Below, one piece after another: positions 45,423-53,732 of a stretch of 64,000 bases of DNA. Below the pieces are notes generated by a model. The model was not told where the DNA came from, did not search any database, and saw only the letters and a list, made by a program, of their open reading frames with translations. Positions within the stretch are counted from its first letter, which is position 1, and each line of letters opens with the position of its first letter. The translations under genes were made by a program, and so were the position numbers. The stretch lies in assembly GCA_012798755.1 (NCBI GenBank), contig JAAZMP010000098.1:12082-76081 (forward strand), read 5' to 3'. Source of the stretch: Bacillota bacterium (GTDB taxonomy: Bacteria > Bacillota > Dethiobacteria > DTU022 > UBA8154).

Positions 45423-45956
45423 TCATTCTTCCTTCCCTTCTTTAGAAATTTCTTCGAATTTTACATTATCTTGGTTTATCACTTCATAGTTTTCATATAA
45501 ATCAAACATTTTTATGATTACCGAAGGATAGGTTAGGACCTGGATGACTCCTTCATTTGGGGCAGGCTCTTTTTCCTCGACTGTTATAACTAAAGTATTG
45601 TCTTTACGGTCCAAAGAATTTACAGAAATAAAATATCCACCGGTAGGTTTTTCTCCTGCAAATATAAGTATATAAATATCTTCCTCGGCAGCAAATTCCC
45701 GGGGATCAAAAACAAAATAACCCTTTTGTTTTTTTAATTGTTCAGTTGCATTTACTACCGGCATTGGCAAAGCATCAGTTTCCTCTAAAATTTCATACCC
45801 TGAAACAACAGGTTCCTGAATTTGTTCCGGCTCGACTTGTTTTTCCGGAGCTTGTTTTTCTGATAAATCAGTATGAACAGGTTTCTTAAAAATTCCACAT
45901 CCTGTAAAAAACAGAACTGTTAAGATAACTAAAAAAATGACAGGCGTTTTTTTCAA
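45423..45956 (-). CDS. Lipoprotein with a PrcB-like C-terminal domain
   Basis: The TTG at 45956, 9 nt after AAAAGGGGGT, gives the classic lipoprotein signal MKKTPVIFLVILTVLFFTGC. The C-terminal region reads IFAGEKPTGGYFISVNS...VIQVLTYP. Confidence 0.65.
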   Translation of the reverse strand: MKKTPVIFLVILTVLFFTGCGIFKKPVHTDLSEKQAPEKQVEPEQIQEPVVSGYEILEETDALPMPVVNATEQLKKQKGYFVFDPREFAAEEDIYILIFAGEKPTGGYFISVNSLDRKDNTLVITVEEKEPAPNEGVIQVLTYPSVIIKMFDLYENYEVINQDNVKFEEISKEGKEE

Positions 45957-46089
45957 AAGTACGAAACCCCCTTTTAAATTAATACATGTTTGTTTTTGCC
46001 CCTGAACAGTTTGATTCCTTTTCACTTTTATTCTTATCTTATTCTATAATTATAGACATGTTTTCCTGTTTTTTTGTTTCACTTTTTAA

Positions 46090-46133
46090 CAAAAATAAAA
46101 AAGCACCCCTATCAAGAAGTGCTTCTTTTTTTT
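46090..46133. terminator. Terminator after spoIVA (bidirectional hairpin)
   Basis: AAGCAC-N12-GTGCTT is flanked by A-rich and T-rich runs. Confidence 0.55.
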
Positions 46134-46177
46134 GGGTTTTTCGGTTTATAAAAAAACTTGTGTTCGCTATATGTAAA

Positions 46178-47656
46178 TTATAAAATTATAACGATCAGCC
46201 CTCCGCTGCCTTCATTGATTATTCTTTCCAGTGTCTCTTTAAGTTTTTGTTGGGCATTTGGGGGCATATTGCTTAGTTTTCCGGAAATTCCGTCTTTTAC
46301 AAGTTCATAAAGGGATTTTCCGAATAAATTTGACTCCCAAAGTTTTTCCGGATCTTCGGCAAATTCTTCTACAAGATAATTTACAAGCTCTTCGCTTTGT
46401 TTTTCCGAACCTACGATGGGTGTAAATTCTGATTTGATATCGACTCGTACGATGTGCAAGGAAGGTGCACTGGCCTGAAGCCGAACACCAAAGCGGCTTC
46501 CTTGGCGTATTATTTCCGGTTCTTCCAGAAAAATTTCATCTAAAAAAGGAGGAACGATCCCGTAGCCATTTTCTTTGACATCCTGTAAAGCCTGGGCAAC
46601 TTTATCGTATTCTTTACGGGCATAGGAAAATTCTTTCAATACCTTTAGAAGATCGGCTTGATCAGTGATGGTCACCCCGCAAATATCGGATAGTGTTTTA
46701 TCATAGAGTTCTTGCGGCACGGCGATTTCTACCAGTGCAGAACCCTTGCCCGGTTCGATGCTCCTGATAAAAACATCTTCAACAGTATCATAACCCTTAA
46801 TTGTTTCCACGGCCGTTTCGATTTCATTTAAACGTTCTACGTTAAGAAGATGTTCCTTTATGATGTCGGCATACTCGACAGTCAGTTCATGCGAAGGCCC
46901 CAAAGCTTCGATCCAGGTAGGCAAATTAATACTAATTTCCCGGACGGGAAATTCATAAAGAATTTCCTTGAACAGAACATTGATATCGTTTTCACTCAAC
47001 TCCAGGCAATTTAATGAAACAACCGGTACCTCATATTTTTCCGAAAGCTCATTTTTGAGTTGCAGTGTGCTTTCGGAAAAAGGCCGGACAGAATTAAGAA
47101 CTACGACAAAAGGCTTGCCAATTTCTTTTAATTCATTAATGACTCTTTTTTCGGCATCGATATAACTTTCCCTGGGGATATCTGTAATTGTCCCATCCGT
47201 GGTAATAACTATGCCAATGGTGGAATGATCCTGGATTACTTTCCGGGTTCCGGTTTCAGCGGCTTCTTCAAAGGGGATCGGTTCCTCAAACCAAGGAGTG
47301 GATACCATTCTACGTTGGCCTTCGTCATCGTCATAACCGATCGCTTCGGGGACAGCATAACCTACACAATCAACCAATCTTACTCTCATAATGACATTTT
47401 GGGATAGGGTTATTTCGATAGCCTCATCAGGGATAAATTTTGGTTCAGTGGTCATAATGGTTTTTCCTGCACTTCCCTGGGGCAGTTCGTCTTTAGTTCT
47501 TTCCAGGACATGGGGGTTATCAATATTGGGGAGAACAAGTATTTCCATAAATTTCTTTATAAAGGTTGATTTACCCGTTCTGACCGGACCTACAATACCT
47601 AAATAAATATCACCTCCAGTTCGTTCTACAATATCCTCAAAAAGGTCGAACTTCAC
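46178..47656 (-). CDS. spoIVA: Stage IV sporulation protein A (spore coat basement-layer ATPase)
   Basis: It has IVERTGGDIYLGIVGPVRTGKSTFIKKFM (Walker A) and full-length similarity to SpoIVA as I know it. The GTG start follows GGAGGGGAG. Confidence 0.95.
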   Translation of the reverse strand: MKFDLFEDIVERTGGDIYLGIVGPVRTGKSTFIKKFMEILVLPNIDNPHVLERTKDELPQGSAGKTIMTTEPKFIPDEAIEITLSQNVIMRVRLVDCVGYAVPEAIGYDDDEGQRRMVSTPWFEEPIPFEEAAETGTRKVIQDHSTIGIVITTDGTITDIPRESYIDAEKRVINELKEIGKPFVVVLNSVRPFSESTLQLKNELSEKYEVPVVSLNCLELSENDINVLFKEILYEFPVREISINLPTWIEALGPSHELTVEYADIIKEHLLNVERLNEIETAVETIKGYDTVEDVFIRSIEPGKGSALVEIAVPQELYDKTLSDICGVTITDQADLLKVLKEFSYARKEYDKVAQALQDVKENGYGIVPPFLDEIFLEEPEIIRQGSRFGVRLQASAPSLHIVRVDIKSEFTPIVGSEKQSEELVNYLVEEFAEDPEKLWESNLFGKSLYELVKDGISGKLSNMPPNAQQKLKETLERIINEGSGGLIVIIL

Positions 47657-47749
47657 AACTTCTCCCCTCCTTTAATTTCGGACAAGGATATAACAATAAA
47701 TGTGCTAACGTTATATTTATATGAAGATAAAAGGACAATATTACATTAT

Positions 47750-47792
47750 ATATAAAAAAACCTGTCTGTTTTTTTAATCACATAACAGGTTT
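47750..47792 (-). terminator. Terminator after gpsA
   Basis: The minus strand reads AAACCTGT-N19-ACAGGTTT followed by TTTTTATATA. Confidence 0.6.
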
Positions 47793-47898
47793 AGATGAAT
47801 AAAGCATCGTTAACTTCGTGTTTTGCGAAAGTTTATCTTAATATTTTTATTTTCTTGTTTGCTTGCCTGTCAAACCTTATTTTGGGCTACTTGCTGGA

Positions 47899-48915
47899 TT
47901 ATTCAAATGCTGTTTCTTCTGTTTCATGGGTTTTTTTTCTTTGCATAAGGTTTGTGACAGCAGCCCGGGGATTGCCTTTTTGGAAAATAATAGCGTACAT
48001 TTCTTTTGTTATAGGCATTTCTACGCCGTGGCGAAGAGATAGTTCATAGGCAGCCCTGGTTGTTTTGATTCCTTCTGCAACCATTTTCATTTCAGATGTT
48101 ATCTCCTCTATGGTATGGCCCTTGCCCAACATCATTCCTACATAACGATTTCTACTGTGAGTACTGTTACATGTTACAAAAAGATCTCCAAAACCTGTCA
48201 GGCCGCTGAAAGTTCCTCGTTTGGCACCAAGAACAAGGCCCAGGCGGGTGATTTCCACCAAACCTCTTGTTAAAAGGGCAGCTTTGGTGTTGTCTCCATA
48301 GTTTAAACCATCACAAACTCCGGCCCCTAAGGCTATCACATTTTTGAGGGCTCCACCAAGTTCTACCCCGATAATATCGGAATTAGTGTAAACTCTAAAA
48401 TAAGATGTCATAAAAATATCCTGAACTTTTTCCGCCAAAGCTGCGTCATGGGCGGCAACAACTGTGGCCGCCGGCATGCAACGGCTTACTTCTTCTGCGT
48501 GGTTAGGGCCTGATAAAACAGCAATCCTGCAAGAAGAATCAGGCTGGAGTTTTTCTATAATCACTTCGGAAAGGCGCTTTAAAGAACCCTCGGCCAGGCC
48601 TTTGGCGGTATTAACGACGATGGTATCGCCACGCAAAAATTTTTTTATTCTCCCGGCCATTTCTTTTACGGCATGAGAGGGAATGGCCAAAACGATCAGA
48701 TCTTTTTCCCGGACGGCGTTTTCCAAATCAGTGGTTAATTTTAAGCTTTTCGGTAAGAAAACACCGGGCAGGTAGTCACTGTTTTCATGGGCTTGTACCA
48801 TTTTTTGCCGCAGTTCTTCCCTTCTCATCCAAAGGGTAACATCAAACTTTTTTCCTACCAACAAGATAGCCAGGGAAGTGCCCCAGCTTCCTGCACCGAT
48901 AACCCCTATCTTCAT
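47899..48915 (-). CDS. gpsA: NAD(P)H-dependent glycerol-3-phosphate dehydrogenase
   Basis: It begins MKIGVIGAGSWGTSLA and has the GLKNV-type motif (GGALKNVIALGAG). Confidence 0.95.
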   Translation of the reverse strand: MKIGVIGAGSWGTSLAILLVGKKFDVTLWMRREELRQKMVQAHENSDYLPGVFLPKSLKLTTDLENAVREKDLIVLAIPSHAVKEMAGRIKKFLRGDTIVVNTAKGLAEGSLKRLSEVIIEKLQPDSSCRIAVLSGPNHAEEVSRCMPAATVVAAHDAALAEKVQDIFMTSYFRVYTNSDIIGVELGGALKNVIALGAGVCDGLNYGDNTKAALLTRGLVEITRLGLVLGAKRGTFSGLTGFGDLFVTCNSTHSRNRYVGMMLGKGHTIEEITSEMKMVAEGIKTTRAAYELSLRHGVEMPITKEMYAIIFQKGNPRAAVTNLMQRKKTHETEETAFE

Positions 48916-48922
48916 CTGTGTT

Positions 48923-49531
48923 TTACCTTTCTGTTTTCTTAATGTTAACCTTTTCGCCCAGCTTTGATTCTTTGCCTTGCAGAAGCCTTTTGATGTTGGG
49001 CATATGTCTTCCTAAAAGCAGCAGGCAAACTGCTAACCCGAAAACAAAATAACTGGGCGGATAGGGCAAAAGCAGCATAACAACAGGAATGGACAGAGCC
49101 CCTACTATAGAGGCAAGGGAAACATAGCGTGTCCATAAAATAATAATTATAAAAAGCAAAAATATGACTAGTGCCGGTATGGGTGCAATGCCTAAAAAAA
49201 CACCAAATGTTGTAGCAACACCCCTTCCTCCTTTGAAGCCAAAAAAAAGTGGCCAGTTGTGGCCTGCAATGACGGCTCCGGCTGAAAACAAGAGCAGCCA
49301 TGTTTCCACATGAAGATGTGAGGCCAGCAGAACAACGACAAGCCCTTTCAGGGCATCCAAAATTAGGACCAGCACTGCATATTTTAAGCCCAGGACTCTG
49401 GCAACGTTTGTAGCACCTGCATTACCGCTGCCAACATCACGAATGTCCACTCCTTTTACTGCTTTGGAAATAAAATAACTAAAAGAAAGTGAGCCAATTA
49501 AATAGGATAAAATCAATAAGAAAGCAGCCAC
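48923..49531 (-). CDS. plsY: Glycerol-3-phosphate acyltransferase PlsY
   Basis: It has GSGNAGATNV and FKGGRGVAT motifs and about 5 TM helices. Confidence 0.9.
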   Translation of the reverse strand: MAAFLLILSYLIGSLSFSYFISKAVKGVDIRDVGSGNAGATNVARVLGLKYAVLVLILDALKGLVVVLLASHLHVETWLLLFSAGAVIAGHNWPLFFGFKGGRGVATTFGVFLGIAPIPALVIFLLFIIIILWTRYVSLASIVGALSIPVVMLLLPYPPSYFVFGLAVCLLLLGRHMPNIKRLLQGKESKLGEKVNIKKTER

Positions 49532-49537
49532 GTTATT

Positions 49538-50863
49538 TCACCCCTTTTTCCGACGACGGGATCTGACCAAGAGTTTTACAGGGGTACCCTCAAAACTAAA
49601 GGCTTCCCTTAAGCGGTTTTCCAAATATCTCAAATAGGAAAAATGTATCAAGGATGTATTATTGACGAAAAGAACAAAGGTCGGGGGTTTTGCAGCAGTT
49701 TGTGTCCAGTAATATATTTTGCCTTTTCTGCCCCTGAGCGTGGGTAAAGGATTTACCCCTTGGGCATCTGATAAAAGTTTATTCAACAAGGGAGTAGGCA
49801 CTCTTGTGCAATAGTTTTTATAAACCTTTTGGAAAAGATCAAATATATTTTTCAGGCGCCTGGGTTCATAAATTGATGTCAATATCAAGGGAGCAAAAGA
49901 AACGAATTTTAGATCATTTCTGGTTTTATCAATTATTTTTTCGGATATTTCCCGGCGTTGTTGTTTAACCAAATCCCATTTATTTAGTGCCACAATCAAG
50001 GCCCTGCCGCTTTCCAGAATATAGCCAGCGATCTTCTGATCTTGTTCAGTTGCTCCTGTATCTGCTTCCAACAACAAAACGGCTATATCAGTATCATCTA
50101 TTGCTTTTAGAGAGCGGATAACACTATAATATTCAATATTTTCCAGAACCCTGCTTTTTCTACGTATCCCGGCTGTGTCTACAAGTATGTATTTTTTGCC
50201 TTCCCGTTCTAACAATGTATCGATGGCATCCCTTGTTGTTCCCGGCTCCCGGGTAACAATTACCCTGTTTTCACCTAACAAAGTATTTATAAATGAAGAT
50301 TTTCCCACATTGGGACGGCCGACAATTGCTATACGTATCAGTTCATCTTCTTGCTGTGTTTCCTTTGTGACAGATGGAAAAAATGAAATCACTTTATCAA
50401 GGAGATCCCCTGTATTTAAACCATGTGCAGCCGAAATAGGCAGGGGATCGCTTAAGCCCAGCCGATAGAACTCAGCAACATTTTGCCCCATAGACTCAAT
50501 TTTATTAACAGCCAGTACAACAGGTTTCCTTTGACGGCGCAGCAGGCTGGCGATTTCTTCATCAAGTGGGTTTAGGCCTTGACGTCCATCAACCAAAAAA
50601 ACAATAACAACAGCTTCTTCAATGGCTAGTTCGGCCTGCCTTTGTACTTCGATTTCCATTTTTTCTTTACCTGAAAAAGTCAGGCCTCCGGTATCAATTA
50701 CCAGGAAATCCCTGTTTAGCCAGCTGGTGCGGCCATAAAGCCGATCCCGCGTTATTCCGGGTATTTTACCTTCTATAGCTTTTCGCCCTCCCACAAGACG
50801 GTTAAAAAGCGTTGATTTTCCTACATTGGGGCGGCCGACAAGAGCAACTAACGGGGTAGACAA
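49538..50863 (-). CDS. der: Ribosome-associated GTPase Der/EngA (tandem G domains plus KH-like)
   Basis: It has two GRPNVGKS P-loops and two DTAG/DTGG motifs. The start is TTG. Confidence 0.95.
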   Translation of the reverse strand: MSTPLVALVGRPNVGKSTLFNRLVGGRKAIEGKIPGITRDRLYGRTSWLNRDFLVIDTGGLTFSGKEKMEIEVQRQAELAIEEAVVIVFLVDGRQGLNPLDEEIASLLRRQRKPVVLAVNKIESMGQNVAEFYRLGLSDPLPISAAHGLNTGDLLDKVISFFPSVTKETQQEDELIRIAIVGRPNVGKSSFINTLLGENRVIVTREPGTTRDAIDTLLEREGKKYILVDTAGIRRKSRVLENIEYYSVIRSLKAIDDTDIAVLLLEADTGATEQDQKIAGYILESGRALIVALNKWDLVKQQRREISEKIIDKTRNDLKFVSFAPLILTSIYEPRRLKNIFDLFQKVYKNYCTRVPTPLLNKLLSDAQGVNPLPTLRGRKGKIYYWTQTAAKPPTFVLFVNNTSLIHFSYLRYLENRLREAFSFEGTPVKLLVRSRRRKKG

Positions 50864-50881
50864 CAGATAGCTCAGCCTCCT

Positions 50882-52207
50882 TTAGCCCGTAGCAAGGGTT
50901 TCTTTTTGTGCTATTATTTTCCTTATTTCTGATAAGCTGCTAATGGGGACAATCTGGGTTTTTAACTTGTTTGATAGAAAACTTAAAGAAACATTATCTA
51001 AAAAAAGTTCGGTTCCTTCTTTGAGCATAACAGAAGGTATGAACACGATTTCACCTAGGTTTTTACCTTTTAGGCCTATGAAAAGATCACTTCCGGTAAG
51101 TAGACCGGCAACTGTAACATTTTTACCCCAGAAAATATTGGAGAGAACATGAAGATGTGTTTTTAGGCCATCAATTTTTTCAAGTTCTTCTTGGAAAATT
51201 TTTAAGAACCCGGATCCGGATCGGCCGGTTACTAAAGACACTTCCAGACGGCGGTTTAACGAAGGAAAGGTTTGTCCCTTCCATTCCTCAATTTCATTTA
51301 AAAACATTCTTCCCAGTCCCACGCCATTTTCAAGCTGTTCGTACATCCCATAGTGTTCATGTGGGGGTAAAGGCTTTGCGCAAAGCAAGTAGAGTTCATC
51401 GGCAAGAAATATGAAAGGCGTACCCAGCCTTTTTTGGTAATGTTCTTGCATATCCGAAAAATATTTAACAATATACGAAGCCTTGGCAGGTGATACTCTT
51501 CGCAATGGAAACAACCGGCGGCGGTACCGGGTCAAACCAACAGGCACAAGGGCTAAGGTTTTTAAACCTGGATAAAGAGCAGCAAGATCATCGACAGTTT
51601 TTTTTAAAGATTTTCCATCATTGATCCCAGGGCAGATAACGATCTGTCCATGAATTTCGATACCTTCAGATACCAATTTCTCCAATTGTTCAAGGATGCC
51701 GCCTGCAGCATGGTTTCTCATCATTTTCCGCCGGATGCCGGGAATTGTGGAATGAATAGATATGTATAATGGGGAAATTCCCCTGCGAATGATTCTTCTA
51801 ATATCTAATTTGCCCATATTGGTAAGTGTAATATAATTTCCGTGAAAAAAAGAAAGACGGTAGTCATCGTCCTTTTTATATAAGGAAGAACGCAAACCAG
51901 AAGGTTGTTGATCTACAAAGCAAAAAATACAGTTGTTTTGGCAGCGCCGCATAGGCCCAATGGTAGGAGTCACAAATTCCAGTCCAAGCCCCTGGGTATG
52001 TTTTTTTTTAATTTTTACTTCGTATGGCTGACCTTCTTTACTGTATAAAGAAAGCGTAACCTTGGCATCAGAACTGAGATAATAATAATCAAGAATATCA
52101 TAAAAGTAAGAGTTGTTTAGCTTGAAAAGAAAATCTCCCGCCCTGATCTTTGTCCCGGCAGCAGGGGAGCCTTTTTTGATATGCGAAACGATAAAGCCCG
52201 GGTACAT
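50882..52207 (-). CDS. PDZ plus radical-SAM-like DUF512 protein
   Basis: It has a CQNNCIFC (CX3CX2C) motif, an N-terminal PDZ-like segment and a C-terminal DUF512-like region. Its position upstream of der is conserved in Firmicutes. Confidence 0.8.
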   Translation of the reverse strand: MYPGFIVSHIKKGSPAAGTKIRAGDFLFKLNNSYFYDILDYYYLSSDAKVTLSLYSKEGQPYEVKIKKKHTQGLGLEFVTPTIGPMRRCQNNCIFCFVDQQPSGLRSSLYKKDDDYRLSFFHGNYITLTNMGKLDIRRIIRRGISPLYISIHSTIPGIRRKMMRNHAAGGILEQLEKLVSEGIEIHGQIVICPGINDGKSLKKTVDDLAALYPGLKTLALVPVGLTRYRRRLFPLRRVSPAKASYIVKYFSDMQEHYQKRLGTPFIFLADELYLLCAKPLPPHEHYGMYEQLENGVGLGRMFLNEIEEWKGQTFPSLNRRLEVSLVTGRSGSGFLKIFQEELEKIDGLKTHLHVLSNIFWGKNVTVAGLLTGSDLFIGLKGKNLGEIVFIPSVMLKEGTELFLDNVSLSFLSNKLKTQIVPISSLSEIRKIIAQKETLATG

Positions 52208-52355
52208 TGTTTTTCCCCTCCATTATGGACTGGCAGCTGGTTTTTTTACCAATAGCGTTTCAAAGCATACCTATTATCCTATCTCCTCTGGTCTCTGTCA
52301 AGGTGTGGCAATACCCTGCTTACGTTTGCCTTAAAAGCTATTTTGATCATTTAGC

Positions 52356-52550
52356 CTAGTGTTTGACAATGACGTACGTACCGTTTTCCAGATCGTGGGC
52401 AACACCTTCAGTTATACGCGATAAAGTCAAAGCCAACTTACCCTGTTCTTCTTCATTTTCAGCATAAAAAACAGGCGCCCCACCTCCTGCCACTTTTTCA
52501 GGTTTCAGAGCAATAATTGCCAGTATGAATTTGTTCAGTTCCACCGCCAT
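52356..52550 (-). CDS. 64-aa partner protein of the YIEGIA protein (I recall the label 'capping complex subunit for YIEGIA')
   Basis: It is a small acidic ORF 13 nt downstream of the YIEGIA gene. The naming is from memory of database family labels. Confidence 0.55.
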   Translation of the reverse strand: MAVELNKFILAIIALKPEKVAGGGAPVFYAENEEEQGKLALTLSRITEGVAHDLENGTYVIVKH

Positions 52551-52565
52551 TACAACTCCTTCCCA

Positions 52566-53462
52566 TTAATCAGAAGCTTTGCGGCCTGCGGATGTTTTTA
52601 ACGGGGATCGAAAGGCACTTTCCAAAACAGGCACCCGTTCCACTGCTTCCAGTAAGAATTCGATATCTTTCTCTATGGGAACGATGACCATTCCTATCCT
52701 GCCGGTATCCAGATCCCGGCGCAGAAGGGGTGTGTATTCCGCTGTATCTACATCCTTATATAATCCCAATATTGATGCCGCATCATGTGCAATGGCCATA
52801 CGTTGCCCAATACTTGCAAGTGTTGCCCTGGCATCATCGTTCAAAGGTTCAATAATTACCCCCAAAGCCCTTTCCAGGTATTTTTCCCTGATACTTTCTA
52901 TTCCCAAATTCATGAAATGGATATTTTCCACGAAAAGATTGGGACCCTTGAAGTACACTTTTCCCTGCCGAATGCGGGCTATTTCACCAATAACTTTTCC
53001 TCCCTTTAACCTTCCGGAAATATAGTAGGTAACGGCTACAACTATCAATCCGTACAAAATATTTCCTATGTAAGTAGCTCCTCCGACCAATAAAGATGCA
53101 AACATGACCAGGTAATTTCGGGCCTCAAAAACCCGGGCCACCCCCTCAACATATTCCGCACCCCTTGAAACAAGATTTATCTCATCAAGATTTTTTAACA
53201 TCATTCGTTCTAAATCGCGCACGTCTCGGAATTGTGCTGCCGCCAGGGCCAGGAAAGTTACAGCAGTAAATTCTTTTTCTATTAGCGCCGGGATTGCTAC
53301 GGAGCCAATGACTGCGGCAATGAAGGCCGTGGCAAGATGTATTGCCGTGCCATGGGGATAACTGGGATATTGGCGGTAGTCTCTTTTGAGCATAGAATAC
53401 CGTATCAAAACGCCTGCTGCCACACCGGTTAATGTTGCCTGCAAAAAAGGGGAATCCAGCAA
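52566..53462 (-). CDS. YIEGIA-family membrane protein
   Basis: It contains YVEGVARVFEA (the YIEGIA motif variant) and several TM helices. I chose the TTG at 53462, 7 nt after GGAAAGAGGGA, because the longer track ORF (to 53627) would contain the rpsA-operon terminator. Confidence 0.7.
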   Translation of the reverse strand: MLDSPFLQATLTGVAAGVLIRYSMLKRDYRQYPSYPHGTAIHLATAFIAAVIGSVAIPALIEKEFTAVTFLALAAAQFRDVRDLERMMLKNLDEINLVSRGAEYVEGVARVFEARNYLVMFASLLVGGATYIGNILYGLIVVAVTYYISGRLKGGKVIGEIARIRQGKVYFKGPNLFVENIHFMNLGIESIREKYLERALGVIIEPLNDDARATLASIGQRMAIAHDAASILGLYKDVDTAEYTPLLRRDLDTGRIGMVIVPIEKDIEFLLEAVERVPVLESAFRSPLKTSAGRKASD

Positions 53463-53586
53463 TTCTTTGTCCCTCTTTCCTAAAGCCGTGGTCCATTTAT
53501 TGTTTTTTGTTCTGTAGTAGAATAACCCTGGGTTGCAACATTTATTCTTTTTACTGCTTGGCTGTGGAAACGGCAGGTAAATGTTC

Positions 53587-53619
53587 CAAATAAAAACGGA
53601 CTTTCCTACAAAGCCCGTT
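53587..53619 (-). terminator. Terminator of the cmk-plsC-ispH/rpsA operon
   Basis: The minus strand reads AACGGGCTTT-GTAGG-AAAGTCCGTT (10 bp including one G-U pair) followed by TTTTATTT. Confidence 0.65.
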
Positions 53620-53732
53620 AAAGACAAAGATCCCCTTAGCGCTTATAATCTTGATTATAGCGATTTTATTGCAGGCTTGGATCTGGCAATCTTTTACTGT
53701 GTTGCACTAAGGTCAGGTCAAGAAACTACAGG

